Shown in pieces: positions 1 through 13,464 of a DNA stretch of 64,000 bases. The notes beneath the pieces are model-generated. The model was not told where the DNA came from. It saw only the letters and a list, made by a program, of their open reading frames with translations, and made no database searches. Where the stretch lies: contig OZ320313.1 in assembly GCA_976226885.1 (NCBI GenBank), positions 77,190,001 to 77,254,000 of the forward strand, in the 5' to 3' direction. Made by a program: the position numbers and the translations under genes. The stretch's first letter is position 1. Each line of letters starts with the position of its first letter. Source of the stretch: Iphione sp. A-MEVVRFRX5. Its lineage: Eukaryota.

Positions 1-249
1 GCAGACTTGGGGAGAGGAATGCATTCCAGCCCAATGGACTCAGTTGGAATGTATCACTGGACACCGACCGGTCAACACCTTACACTGTGTATGAACATAA
101 TGTGTCTGAAGATTATGTGACCAGCATTATTGGTGGAAGTTACACATGAATTGCATATGAGTTATACCACCAAACCAAACCAAATTATGCCTGACTTGTT
201 AGGGAAATATAATGTTTTGCTGCAGCCTCAGCTGCAAGTTTATCACTTG

Positions 250-1050
250 CCCTACATCATGTACGCCGGATCCCTACACCCAGTACAAAGAGATTTGATC
301 TCCTCCTTAGTAGCAACTAGCCTTTGAAGGAGTGTGGCACCTCCATGACAGAAGCTGTGCAATGGGTATTGGGTATGATTGACGCCTATATCTCCTAGTT
401 TTGTATTGAACATCTTAAGAATCCCCTCTACTCTTAAAGGGGTGAACGTAATATGGTTACAAAACAAAGCTTGACTATCATAGTATTTGGGGACATACTT
501 ATACCAGGTACATTCTTTTCAAGGCTAACACCGGACACAATAGTGTATCTTCAAGTCATGGAGTGAATATGAATCTTTGGGCATTTTTTGCGATTGTCTT
601 TGATCGACGGATTTCAGTTGAGGTACCATCATCGACAAATTGAACATCACCTCTGGTGAGCTGCTTATCCGGCAGATAATGGTCTTTTCTGAAGAGTTCA
701 TTTGATTGTCTCACACGGGAGAAAAACATGAAACGAAATAGTGTGGCAATTACCCATACCTTAGAGATATTGAATCAAGACCCGCAACATTTTAATGGTG
801 ATAGGATCTTTCCTGTCTATTTCGTGACTACTCTTCTTCTCCACTGCCCGTAGTACTGTTATGACCTTTATATAATCATATGCACATCTGGCTAGACCTG
901 ACGCGTCCATCATTACCCTGACTGCTGTAATGTTTTGAGACACGACCCTTGGTGTGAAAAAGCGGTTGAGGTATCCAATATACACAAGTATATCATCAAC
1001 AGTCATTGCTTACCAGTCATACCCGAATACCATGGCCTATCCGAGGAGAA
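250..1050 (-). pseudogene. Tyrosine recombinase remnant of the DIRS/Ngaro element
   Basis: ORFs 761-1006 (N-terminal core-binding-like part) and 252-467 (YPLHSFCHGGAT, a degenerate HSFRRGGAT box), with an intervening R..K catalytic segment. Confidence 0.8.
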
Positions 1051-1193
1051 GCTTGGTCATTCGTGTACGAGCCTGAATAGTAACAGGGGTGACTGACTGT
1101 AGTTGCCGTTTGGCTGCTGTGATGGCGAGTCCCTCTAGTCTGTAGATTAAAATTGACTATTATTCAACATCATCTGTTTCATAGGGTATAACT

Positions 1194-2470
1194 TTACCAT
1201 GCATGGGTTTCATGTAAGAATCTATAAACAATAGCCTTGTACTTCTTGGCACTGTCAAAACGTGGCATCACATCCACTAGCATCGTCTCCTTGCCTGGTA
1301 CATGGGGAAAATGAATTTGCAATTGTCTGGTAGCTTGTCGATACCATACTGCCTTCGCAGCAGAGAGGATGTGCTGATCTCTCCCTTTACCTGTTTTGAC
1401 CACGTGTACAGATACCATGTTATCACAAAAGACATCAATACAATGATCAACAGTATTGTTGATGGCAAACATATGTACAGCCAGTGCCACATTGAAGGCT
1501 TCAATGTATGCAATATTACAACCTTTCAAAAACTGTGGGCATGGGACACGATAATAGTATTCTCTTGAATATGCACCCATAACCTGTGGAAACGTATCGC
1601 AAAACAAATAGTTGATACAATATGAGGGAGCATTGAGACGCCATTATATTTTTGAAGGAACCTTACAAACCACGTGAGGTCCGCTTTTACATTATTGTCT
1701 ACCTTGATATACCTACTGCCTATTTGAAATGGTTTCACGATATTGGCATAATATTCTGCCGACGAATAGTCTTGCAGGGAGGACACATTTTTGAAATGTA
1801 ATTCAATAAACCAAGTAATTTTTGACGTGTTTTTAAGGTGAATATCTTCTTGTCGGCCAGTTGATGACACCATGTCTGCTTCTTTTACCTTCTCTTGCGG
1901 TATAGAAACGGTGCTAGAGGCCAGTTCAAAGTTGATTCCTAACCACTTAATGCTAGTAGAGGGTGTGTAGCATTTGCGATATGAAACTGGCAAACCGAGA
2001 TCCTCTACGACGTGAAGTATTGCATTGTAGTGTGTAGTTGCCTTATCTACTGGACTGACAAATACATAATCAACCAAATAAAACAGACCTTTCAAGTCTG
2101 GCAAGTTTGAAATAAGCGTCTGGACAATTTTTGGTAATCTAGTGTCGAAAAAGAACTGATTCTGAAATTGTATACCAAGCAATTGCCACTCCAATGGATC
2201 TATAGGGAAACTTCGATATGCCCTCTTAATATCAATGGACCAGAGTAGACAGTCATTCGGGGTATGGGTAATTAATTGAATAAGATTACTGGTTGTTGGT
2301 AGGTGCAGCTTTATATCCTACATCGAAAAATAGATGCTCAGGAATGAAGTCATTTACACACGAGTATGCCAAGTCGACAATTACTCTATGGGACTCTTCA
2401 GAGGACTTTGGTCTGCTTGTGATGGCATTAATTACACACTCAGTGTATGGGGCATGAGTATACCCCATGG
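1194..2470 (-). pseudogene. RT/RNase H remnant of the DIRS/Ngaro element
   Basis: ORFs 2286-2570, 1526-2194 and 1194-1607 join by frameshifts into a DIRS-type pol (LPT..LI..TPNDCLLWSIDIKRAYR). Confidence 0.85.
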
Positions 2471-2649
2471 AGCAAGACCCCATAAAATTGCTAAGGGAAC
2501 AATATGCTAGACCAAAGAATATGGATAACATGCAGGTGCAGAAGCTTAATCCATCAGTCTGGCTACACACGCAACCCGCGGTATGTATGCATGTACCAGG
2601 GATAAGGCGCCCCTAAAGCTGATGCACAGTAGCACAGCAGTGCTGACGG

Positions 2650-3218
2650 CACTAATCCACTTGTCTTCTCCCTGTTGATTCTTTCAGATAGACCATTTTT
2701 TCGTCACTTTGTGAAGATTCTTCAGAAGAAGAGGCCCCAGCCTGCTCATTGAGCATTCTGTATGCATCTAATGCGAGTTCATCTTCCCAATCTGATTCCA
2801 AGTCTAAGAAATCATCATTAGATTCCATCGTGCATTCTTCCACGACGAAATGCCATCTGCTCTGTATTTGTTGTCGGGCATCAATGTGAGCAGTGCCCAC
2901 CCATAGGGCGCAAAAACGCCCAGGCGTATAAATATATGGCATTATGGCAGTAAAACTCAGTTATTTGACAATTTTTCACATAAAATTAATTTAATTTATA
3001 TTTATCTGTATTATTTCCGAATTTGAAGAAAATCGGCCCATTATTTCCATAACGGATATCAACGCGAAAAGAAATCGTACAATATCTGCTTGGAGGCATT
3101 GGCTGTCTTTCACACGGGAGTGCTTTGATGCATTCACAGTCGCTCACACAGGAATGCCTCTCGGCATTGGCTGTCGCTCACACGGGGATGCCTTTTGCCA
3201 TTGGCCGTCGTTAAAGGG
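2650..3218 (-). mobile_element. piggyBac-like 5' end with acidic transposase N-terminal remnant
   Basis: Minus strand begins TTAA|CCCTTTAACG (TTAA at 3219-3222). Three subterminal direct repeats (CCCGTGTGAGCGACAGCCAATGC-like) at about 3095-3200. Acidic ORF 2652-2942 (ESNDDFLDLESDWEDE...). No catalytic domain is retained. Confidence 0.5.
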
Positions 3219-4139
3219 TTAATTCCTTTTTCTCAAGGAGAATCATGACACTTGGCTGAGACAGGTGTTGAAGATCGTATAGGACCTGTCCAACTTGGAG
3301 GTAGGGACTCCCTCCGAGGTTATGAGGACACTTGGAAATCAAGCTAAGCCTCGCTGACATATACAAGCGCTCGGTTGAAGAGGCAGTGCCATCAAATTAA
3401 TATCTATTTGGTCATGACTTTCATCAAAAGTGCATAGAACTGGAGGGGGAGAAGTGCTTTTCCAAACGGTTTGATAAGGGTATCTCTAGGCAACCCACAC
3501 ACAGAATAAACGAGAAAATACAATAAACATTTCTTTTGGCAGATAAATGGACCGTAATACAACCATTTCTTAGGGAAGGGGTGCTATACCTCTCACCTGA
3601 GCCTACACCTAGGCAATGAATTACAACTGTATGCAGCTGATTGATGATTTGTTACAATAACTATGTCAAGCCAGCTACTTTTTACGCCATCCCTAATCCT
3701 TCCCTGCTGCTCCTTAAGAGTCACCATTGCTCCTGGCATCATCACCTAGCTGCTAGACTACTGCTTTAAACGGTTACCAAATTGACTTCCACCAGGCGGT
3801 GGGATATATATCTCCCTTGCTCCCACTCCATTCCTAGGCCAGAACTAATCACAGTTTACCTTCAACTTACCCAGGTAGGTCTAGTCAAACTGTATGATTA
3901 AATCAAATGTTGGTCCACCTCCCTCCAGGTGGGCAGAACGAAGAGCTATCTGTCAACATCAGCTTGTGTCATGCTGTTTTGTTGTATATTTTCCAAACTA
4001 CGGGACTTTAAAGTTGGGTCTGTTAAGCTCACACAACTAGCAGCTCTGTTTTGATATTGATTGTCACATTGGTGGGTGTGGACTTGGTCTAAAAATCAAT
4101 GAATTCATTAAATGAGTATGTGACCTACTTTAAGTTGAT

Positions 4140-4600
4140 TTCAAGGTTTCAAGGTTTTATTCAACTCTCTATAGATTGGTTACCGAGGTATTAGTGTTGA
4201 ATATTCATAATATACAGAGGAAATGAAGGAACACTTCAGTAAGCATGACGGACATATGGCAGCTGGCTGTTATATGGTTTAAGGGTTATCACATAATCAG
4301 GACAAGAGTTACAGATACAGTATGTAGAGAGCGCCCCCTTAAACCTACCAAACTTGCCAGGAATTATCTTGAATGTGTCTTCTGTACCTCTAATTATTAT
4401 CACATGATGTCATACTTATGATACTGCTAGCATATCTTGTGTTGAAATTGGTTGCCATGATAAAATATTAGAGCTTGAACCATGAAAACTCCAGTTACGG
4501 TAGGACATGTTTTAATGCAAACCATTGATTATGCACTGAACTGTTAACAATCCATTAAAAAAACAGTTTCCCCATAGCCAAACCAGATAAGTTTTGTTTG
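4140..4600 (-). mobile_element. Possible 3' remnant of a CR1/L2-like LINE
   Basis: Minus strand ends AATAAAACCTTGAAACCTTGAAATC (short-repeat tail); degenerate TNFNTRYASS resembles L2/CR1 ORF2 C-termini. Confidence 0.3.
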
Positions 4601-6372
4601 TTTTCTGTTCCAATCCCTGCCATATTTGAAGCTGATCTCTCAATGGCCGGTGTAAATTTTACACAGGACTACACTTTAGTAATGAATTACCAGTATCCCA
4701 ACAAGCAGTACATGACATTGCAACAGCCTGAATGTTGTGATTTGGTCATTATGTTAGAGGGATGATGTGGCATCATCATGAGATTTGCTCTTATAATTAC
4801 ATAGGATAGTCCAAATCTGAACACTTGAAAACCAAATTTTCCAAAATCTGAACGATATTTCTGGGAACCAAATCTATATAGATATTCATATAACTGAAAT
4901 ATTCACTTTCTGAATCTGAACGCTGTCATTTTGTTAAAATACATTGAAATTATATTAAAAAACTGAATGCTCCATGGCAAGCTGATGGTGAGCCCCAGTC
5001 ACTCTCCCCCAAGTTCACTACCGTTTAATGAGATTGCACCTTGGTGAGCTGTCGTTCTCCCCCAAGTTTGTTATGAATCAAAGGTTATGCTACTCATTGA
5101 AGAGCCCGCACCTCAGCTAAATGTTGGCTTGCCCCAGTTGCTCTCCCCTAAGTTTATCATAAATGAAAGGGAACACTTCTCTTTGACCGGCTGGCACCTT
5201 GGCAAGCTGGCAGCGAGCCCCAGATGCTCTCCCACAAATTTGGCTTAGTTTTGCTGACTTTTGGTTGAATTTTTCCAGAGTTTTGCTGATTTTCAGACAA
5301 GTTTGCCTGAATTTTGCTGTTTAGCGGATAAATTTGCCTTAGTTTTGCCAGTTTTCGGACTAATAGTTCACATTAATTACCTGATTTATTTCATTTTTGT
5401 AGGTATGGAAAAGTTTGAGGTAGGGCCCCGTTTCAGGTAGGGCCCCACTTAACTGATTGAAAGTGACAGTGGCCTCAGGCCATTATTCAAAATCAGAATT
5501 TTCTGAAATCTGAAAGATTTCGATGGAAACCGCGATCGTTCAGATTTTGAATATACTCTACACATTCAATTTTCTTGCAGTGTTGTGATAGGGCATGGAA
5601 TTTGTAATAACATTACATTTATGTCAACACACAACAGTTTGTGCAACTTCAACATTTTTATATGTACTTAGCTTATCTCATGCCATGGACTTTTTGTCTT
5701 GAGTATGTTGTTTTTTTCTTACTTCCTGTCTTGATTAAAATGCAGGATGACTGAGATACGTAATATTCAAGAAATAAACTGGCCAAGGTATGAATATGCA
5801 ATAAGCAAAGTGGCATAGAGGTAAAATATTGGTAATGCAAATGATGTACATTCAAAACTGTTCAAGAAAGCCTCTTATGACAACAAAAAGTATAAAACAT
5901 TACATTACAGTATAAAACATTACATTGGGCTGCTAAAAGTAGACAGGTGAATATGGGTCTCCTGACAGCAGTACAGTTTAACAATGGCATGCGCATGTGA
6001 GCATCATACTGGAGGGGTATATATAAAAGAAACTTACAACATGGATGAAACCTCCATATTCTATCAAGATTTCACTGATTCTTAATTAGGCCTCCCTCTC
6101 CCCCCAAACAAATGTAGGACCAGTGGGTCAGTAAATTTTCTTTTTTGTACACACAAATGTCAGTGTAAACAAGCTAGTCAGCGTTTGTCAAGCCTGTTAC
6201 TGTAACTTCTTCTGCTTGGAATTTGATAATTGTACAAAAGCTAATGGTTTGAGGAAGAGAATGGTGTATAGTACAGGCCCGTAGCCAGGATTTATTTTTA
6301 TGGCCAGTATCTGAAATTAGTGAAGTGGAACTCCTGGTTAGAGATGTAGAATTCCTAGGAAGCAATGAACAT

Positions 6373-8248
6373 GAGACCTGTTCTGGCAACATGAGTCAGA
6401 AGTTGGAAATTTTGGTTATGAACTTTATCAAAATTTGCTATTTCATAGCTTTCTTATGAGGTATAGCATGTCTTTCTACTATAATTAGGCAAAATATGGT
6501 AATGCAAAAAAGTTATCAAGTATTGCATCTAACCACAAATGAAAAACTGAGATATTTGCCTTTAAAGTTTTTGTAGGCAGTCTTCTAGAATAACCTTAAC
6601 AATGGATATTTCTTTTTTCTCAATTTTTCTGAAACTTAAATAGTCCATCTACACTGTCTAAGCTACAAAATACAAGAGAATCATGTATTTTGAGGCATAA
6701 TATTTTATTTATGCTGGCCTTTGAAAATGTGACCAAATCTCGTTCTGGAAAGGAAACTTAATCTACAAAGGCAAGCACATAGTATTACAGTACCTTCATC
6801 TAGAAGTGGTTAAAGGTCAATGCTGGGAACTGGGAACTGTAATACAAATGCTATCGAAAATTGGGGGGGGCATATGATTAATACTCGTGGTTAATGTCTC
6901 CTTCATTAACCAATACCTGCAGAATCCCCATCCTATAGAATGATCCATATTATTGTCTATTATCATGAACATATCCCAGAGCAGCCTGTCTGCTCGGATA
7001 GATGTAGCTTAGGTGTTGTGTCAGGTGTTGTCCAAGGTGTTAACATGGTGCACTGTCGACTGCACTGAGGGTGTTCTCACAGTCTTAGGAACTTCTCTGG
7101 CTGGGTACTGTGTCATATGGTGCGTGTCTTTTCCCTCATCATGGATTTGTATCTCCTCCATCTATCGTGGAGATTCTGGCATTGGCTGTTAGTCCTCCTC
7201 ATCTGACGACAAGGGCAGGTCGTCAGTCAAGATCAAGGTGTTGCCTACATCATTGGGGATGGCTGGTGTTGTACTGGGGTCTGGATCAGGATGGATGATA
7301 GTGCAACTGAGTTTCTTGATTGGTGGTGTTGGTGGCAGGTGTTTCAATACCCTCTTCTTGGCTGCCCCTTGTGCTATCTGTACCAGTGGATGTACATGGC
7401 ATCCTTTTTTACGAAAGGTGGGGCCATCCCTGGGATGGTCAAGCATGATGGTGCATTTCCCGTTGTGTTGCTTGTTGATGTTGTGGGAGGGGGGCCTGCT
7501 TTGTAAGTGTATATGACAGTGACACCGTCTTGGCTCTCAGGTTGGTATTCTGGGGCCCTGTACAACCACCTCCAAGAGAATCCCCTGCAAATCACATCGG
7601 TATTATAAATAATCCTTAATTTGAAGTTGTCTGGTATTGATAATTTGGTGTTGGACCTGCCCATAAATATTCTAACCAAAACAGGTCGGTTTGCCTCAAT
7701 TCTTGTCTGATGTTTATCTTGTTGGTGGTTTTACATATAGTCAGGGGTGGTGTAAGTGTTATGACAAAGTTGGCAATGGTACTTAACAACTTGCTTTACG
7801 TAGTCAGTTTTCATAGAGTGAACCCATTGTAAATGAGCTTTCAAGGCTCGTTGCATGTCATTGAGCCATTTGTTGCATGGTTGGCATCTTGTAAGCCTTT
7901 CACTGTCACATCAGACATTTTGGTGGTGTCAGTACCAGATTACAATGTGGGCGTTGTTGGTCATGAAAGCTCTTTGATGGTTACATTTCATTCGTTTGTA
8001 AACACTCGAGCATTACTATGGTGTTATATTGTTGTCAAGTGATGTAATGGATACGTCCAGTGATTTTTGGGGGGCAATTTTCAGTCAGTATGTGAAAATA
8101 TTGTGTCTGTGAATAAACTTCAGACACAATAGATATGAAAACAATCAAAAACCCCATTTTGCATAAACTGACCAACTTCCAACTTCAGAGGCCCATATCT
8201 CAGTTTTAGCCCCTGCAACTTCTGACTCATTTTGATAGAATGGGTCAC
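6373..8248. mobile_element. Non-autonomous Sola1-type element carrying a C2H2 zinc-finger ORF remnant
   Basis: TIRs GAGACCTGTTCTGGCAACATGAGTCAGAAGTTG and (reverse complement) GTGACCCATTCTATCAAAATGAGTCAGAAGTTG; flanks ACAT/ATAT; subterminal ~450 bp similar to the 26970-31584 copy. Confidence 0.75.
7000..8050 (-). pseudogene. Disrupted C2H2 zinc-finger / proline- and acid-rich ORF inside the Sola1 derivative
   Basis: Minus-strand translation CQPCNKWLNDMQRALKAHLQWVH...YHCQLCHNTYTTPDYM*NHQQDKH, followed by Pro-rich and SSDEED segments; contains stops and frameshifts. Confidence 0.6.
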
Positions 8249-8719
8249 ATATTTCAATACATTTCCTCACTTCTGTTCACCAGTGTAGCTGTTTTCAGCA
8301 AAATTTACATAAATTTCACCATTTTGTGCTTACATTTGCACGAATTTTGCCATTTTCAATCGAATTTACTAAATTTCATTGTTTACATTTCACTGATATT
8401 ACGCTAACTTTATGAAAATTTTACCTTTCTCGGCTTAATTTACAGGAGTTTCGCCATTTGTGTCTGAATTTACATGAACATTTCTCTGGTTGGAACTTGT
8501 GAGTCTTTTGGGTGGTATTGGATGATACCCCCGAGACCCCCTTACCTACGGGCCTGTCGTATAACCTTTTAGCTTCATCCATTATCAAGATATTTGCAAA
8601 AGAATTTTTAAGAACTATTCCAAGAGGTCACAATTCAGGGTCGGTCAGGTTACCAGAAATACTAACATTTTAAGTAGGCTTTAGCTTTGATAAGAACCAA
8701 TGTAACTGATGGGAAGCAA

Positions 8720-8950
8720 GGAAAGTTTGGCAGTCGCTTTCTGCTGCAATTTGGCTTGTGATCTCGACCACGTCCCCATGACAGAAGCGCAACAGGAAAG
8801 CATGGATGACCAGCAGCATTTCAGAGGAATGGGTGGCCTCCTTTGACAAGGAGATTGGTTTTTAAAGGAGAAAGATCATCCTCCGTTGAGATAATGCTCC
8901 TTCATATCCCAAATCTCTGAGACGCAAAACTTTCATTCCTACCAATTCAA
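8720..8950 (+). pseudogene. pogo/Tigger DDE_1 transposase fragment
   Basis: Reads RKAWMTSSISEEWVASFDKEIGF*RRKIILR*DNAPSYP, matching the KAWMT...DNAPxHP motifs of pogo-type transposases. Confidence 0.8.
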
Positions 8951-9419
8951 TGATGTGTCTGTGTGATCCCAATCCATTAATAAGGCGTAAACAATAGCTG
9001 TGTTTCCAGTAACATGGTGAAAACTCTGAAACCAGGATGCATATGGTAAAGTCACTTTTAGCTGCTTAGATCATAATGGAACTTAAATCAAATGAAAGCT
9101 AGCAACCACAGGAACACAGAAGTGTATAGCAAAAGTTTCTAGTCACTATGCTTTCTGAAGATATTCACAAACAAGACAAAAATAAAAAATTACAACTTCC
9201 CATAATGTAGGGTCAGTTGGGTTACCAGAAGCACTGATATCTTTGCCACTAGGCCTAAATAGGTAGAAACCTCTTGACAACACGAAATAAAAATATAATT
9301 ATATCACAGGTGATCACCCTGGCAGATACTAATCCGACCTATACTGTCATTAACCTTTGTTAATTGAACAAATCACAAAGATTAACTGTAACCAAAGGCG
9401 CCTTGCAAATGTGGATGGC

Positions 9420-11020
9420 ATAAATGTTTAAAGACAGACCAGGCATACAAACACTATAGAATTATCCCACGACCAAAATCAGAGGATCACGTTCCGAGCT
9501 CTGCGGGAGGAGCGATCGAGATGTTACGTTGACAGCTTCCAACATCCAGCCATTACGTGTGTACTCTGCGTCACCAAGCGTTAGTAATGTCTCGTTTCCC
9601 ATGGACAGCGCCTTCTGGTGCTGTAACGGGCGGTTTCAACTGAAGGTGTGACAGCCTCAACGAGAAAAAATTCATCACATGGGCATCATCCACTTACAAA
9701 TCACCCGTTACTTTTAACAGCTTATCGCGGATTCCCTAATGTTTTATTCACCACTAAACACTAACAATGGTGGTTCAGCTTCTAAGAACTGTATCCTTTT
9801 ATCACTTTTGCTGTGTTTAAGTTTGCATGGACTGGACATGCTTTGGCACATCTTTACCCTGATAATTTGCTAGGTGATAGTTTACCAGGCCGATGGTTTA
9901 GCTGTGTTGTATAGACCTTAGACTCTACTTTTCTTATTGCCGTTTTCCCTATGTATATGTGCATGCATTCATGTGTTGCCTTCCGTTCATCTGATTACAT
10001 TTAATGGCTTTTTGCGGACATTCCTTCAAATACAGCAAATACAGCAAGTCTCCAAAATATCTCGAACTCGGTAGTCACCCTGAATGTCATGGGCATAAGA
10101 GAGTCCATTGAACGTAAACTGTTTGTCTAGTAGTGCTTCCGATGATGTTTACACATAACACCCATCCGATGTTATGATATGGTCCTCTCAATGGACCGGC
10201 TCTTGGTATTTTCCCATGGTACCCCCACTAGGGCAAGTACCTCGGTACTTATAAAACAATCTGACCACTTTCATGTATCGTCTTGCTATGCTGACTCAGA
10301 TAGACGTTCATACATCTTGACGTGAACATTAATGATGATCACTACCACCTGATGTCCGTATATCTTCCTGCTGCTTCTTCATAGAGCAGCCAAACAGCTA
10401 TTATAATTGACATCCGTGGATATCTCCTCCAAAAAAACCCGTTACCTTGGATAATAATGGGCGATTTTAACATTATCTTGATACCCTATGCTTGGTCGCT
10501 TTCTTTCAGGTTCTAGACAACCCAAAATGAATAGCCCCTGGTGCCATGCAGGCCCATAGCTAAGGGGGTATCGGGGTACCCCCCCCCCCCCAAAAAAAAG
10601 AGAAAACATTAATGCCAACAGTCTTTCATAGAGATGAAAACAAATAATTCCATCTGTGGGGTATTCCGATACCCCTCTCCCCCCACCCAGAAAACTTCCT
10701 GGGTACGGGCCTGCCATGAGACTCTATTTACTGAATCAATGGGCGGACCTGACCGATTTATGGAGACTCCACCATCCTGCGCCTCAAGGGTTTACTTGGT
10801 ATAACAGTCTCTATACAAAAAACATTCAGAATCGATCGTGTTTATATGTCTCATGTTTTAGCTAGGTACACCTCACATATTAGCTTAGGGAAATCCTTGC
10901 ATACTGATCATATGGGTGTTTTGTGTACATTGCATTTGCCAATACTCCCTAGGGGGAGAGACCTTTGGAAACTCAATGTTCAGATCCTTCAAGACCCCCA
11001 TTACTGTACTCAGAAAACGA
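9420..11020 (+). mobile_element. L1/Tx1-like LINE fragment (possible ORF1 tail plus decayed APE endonuclease)
   Basis: From about 10070: VVTLNVMGIRE...SHGTPTRASTSVLIK...WIIMGDFNIILD...LWRLHHP..GFTWY..RIDRVY..TDH..RGRDLWKLNVQILQD. Interrupted by a MITE at 10549-10713. The upstream ORF1 assignment is weak. Confidence 0.75.
10549..10713. mobile_element. CAGGCCC-TIR MITE with perfect 5-bp TSD
   Basis: CCATG|CAGGCCCATAGC...GGGTACGGGCCTG|CCATG, inserted in the L1/Tx1 endonuclease sequence. Confidence 0.85.
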
Positions 11021-11079
11021 CTAGAATTCCACTTTGTTATCAAGAAGCTAGGAAGCTGGGACTATTAAATTTCAAATCA

Positions 11080-12507
11080 AAAAATCAAATCAAAAAATCA
11101 AATCTGAGTTATTCCTTTAATCAAAAAATGCTGTTTCTTACCTTTCTAACAAGGTATAGCATGTCTTCCTACCATACTTAGGCAAAATATAGTGATGCGA
11201 CAAATTTATGTAGTGATGCGGTAAACCGTAAATGAGAAACTGAGATATTGGCCTTTGAAGTCTTGGTTGGCACACTCTACATAGTGTATCTACCCTATCT
11301 AAGCTACAAAATACCACAGAATCATGCAGTTTGAGCTTAAAAAGGGTTGTAGGTTGACCTTGGTGTTGAAAAATAGTCTGTGTAAGTGTTCATGGTTGTC
11401 TTGGGTTGATTAAAAGCATAGTCTTGGAGGTTTTAATAAATAATAATTATTAAAATGAACTGTCTTGCACAAAGCCTTTGTACAAATTATTAGTAAGCAT
11501 CCACTTGTGGTTTTTGATTCTAGTCAAGTAGACAATCAGACATTTAAACACAAACAGTACAACAAGAAGTTCATCTGGTCTTTTTGGTTCAAAAAACTCA
11601 TCTGAAGTTTTCACAGCATGTCCACTCATCTTTCAGGATCTCTTTTGCAGGATCAGTGACTACCAGTGGATCATCAACCTCTACTAAGGGTTCCTCCTCT
11701 TCCTCAGACTGTTCTTCCACCTCCTTGACATCATCCTCCTCCTTCAAGCCCTCCTCCACCTCATCCTCATAGAGAAAGTACTCATCAATGAGATTCTGCC
11801 ATCTTGTCTCTGCAGCCATGCCATGTAAATTGGCCTGACTGATGTTGTTTAAAGTGTCCACCAAGGCTTGAGCCCGATCCATGGCCATGCCTGGTTATTA
11901 GCAGACACTTCGCCATCTAAATGCTATGTAATTCCCATCTCTATCAATTATTATCCTCTGCTAGAGCCGAGACCCACACGCACTCACCATGAAGCCAGAC
12001 ATTTAAACTGACCCAAACAAATGCATGCGGGAGGCTCTCAACCAATCAGCACACTGCATTCACTACATGTGACCCCAATGGCAATAATTGTTTACATCAT
12101 GGCTTTCTTTAAAATGCCTGGTCATTGGTCCAAAACAATGCACTTTCAAAATCTGAAGGCTTCATTGGCTAGGGAAATTTATGCGCTTTCAGCAGGTACC
12201 CCGGAAGTAGGCCTAGGATGATGGGAGGACCGGAAAGCAAGCTGCTGAAGTTTGGAAAAATAGTCCTGAGCAAGGGTTCTTTTGTCTTTGTACATTCAAG
12301 TGTCTACTACCTTCAGAGCTATATTGCAGGCACTTATTGTCATTGTAGGAGTCTAATATTTTCACAGAATAAACTTCAGCCATGATAGATATGAAAACAA
12401 TCAAAACCCCATTTTTGATAATTTGACCGACATCCGCCTTTGGAGGCCCATAATTATCTCTGTTTTAGTCCCTGCGACTTCCGACTCATTTTGCTAGAAT
12501 GGGTCAC
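11080..12507 (-). mobile_element. Internally deleted Sola1-type copy retaining the acidic transposase N-terminus
   Basis: Right TIR GCTAGAATGGGTCAC|ATAT at 12507. ORF 11598-11888 is clearly homologous to 30669-30959, and both flanks match the 26970-31584 element. Left TIR not found. Confidence 0.8.
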
Positions 12508-13464
12508 ATATACTAGAATTAAAGGCAGATTTTAAGTTGGATTATTTGAATAATTTATTTCACATTCCATGATTCTGCATGTCTCAGTGAAACACTTAGG
12601 CTCAATTTCCATGTACACGTTTTCACAGCTGTGGCACTGTGTTTTCAGCATATTCTTGGAGGCTATGTGTACATGGAAACATGAGAGTTTCCATGTACAC
12701 ATGCAGCATGCAGCATGACACCATTTATCAGACTCGAACATGTCCCCTGTGACTATACTCTATACAGATTTGTTGTGGCAAAGAAATAGTTCTTTTGAAT
12801 AAAACGCTGGCCCTTTAAAAACTGAAAATGAATGAATTTTTGTCCACTTTGCATAGTATTATTTTTAAAGGTCAATATGTCCTTTCCTCTCTCCTCCCCT
12901 CTCTTTCCCATTCTTCTTCCTTCCGTTTGCACTCTGCTCCCTAAAACTAATCGTAATTCTAGATTCCTCCGCTTTTACTTCTGTCAGTCTCTCAGCTTGG
13001 CCCTCCGTTTCTTTCTCTTTCTGAAAAGTGTAAATGGCAATCGGCGGTAGTGTTTCACTTCTGAGATACATGTTTATTTAAACAAGATAGAAATCTATCC
13101 AAACAGCTTCTAAGAAACGTTATCGTCAGCTTACCACAATTTATAACCACATCTGCATCCACATGGAACCTTACGTCTGTCACACCTGAGAGGTTGCTGG
13201 GCATAAGTGAAGCTTTTTTTCAAAAACCTAGGTTGAAGACAGATAGGCTCTTTTGTAATCAAAATGGACGTAGATTATCTGTCCCTAAACACACGCAAAG
13301 TGCAGTAACTAAATCCAGGATATAGTGATTTCCAAGACTCCATGATCAAGAAGTATTGCCCCAGCCTCGATAGGTCCAAATCTACCAGTAATCAGAAATC
13401 AGTTTTAAGTGATGTAGTTTTTCAGTGAAAGATAATACTTCCCCTCTTATTTACAGAGTCATAC

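Larger units (their letters stand above)
250..2570 (-). mobile_element. Decayed DIRS-group (Ngaro-like) tyrosine-recombinase retrotransposon: RT, RNase H, YR
   Basis: Minus-strand pieces in the order RT (SRPKSSEESHRVIVDL; LWSIDIKRAYRSFPIDPLEWQLLGI; YLVDY; WLGINF), RNase H (IAYIEAFNV; VFCDNMVSV; HVPGKE), YR (RQSN; KQLTRGDV; RRSKT; LCPV; HSFCHGGAT). Frameshifts and stops throughout. No methyltransferase is visible between RNase H and YR, which favours Ngaro. Confidence 0.82.
6274..8556. mobile_element. MITE of the CAGGCCCGTAG-TIR family, expanded by a nested Sola1 derivative
   Basis: TIRs CAGGCCCGTAG (6274) and CTACGGGCCTG (to 8556); flanks TAGTA/TCGTA (5-bp TSD with 1 mismatch). Confidence 0.7.

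Noticed and set aside
4800-5560. Possible MITE bounded by AAATCTGAAC / GTTCAGATTT repeats
   Set aside because: The repeats are visible but exact termini and a TSD could not be defined.
11598-11888. Glu-rich ORFs (also 30669-30959) as host genes
   Set aside because: They are homologous to each other and lie between Sola TIRs; interpreted as the transposase N-terminus.
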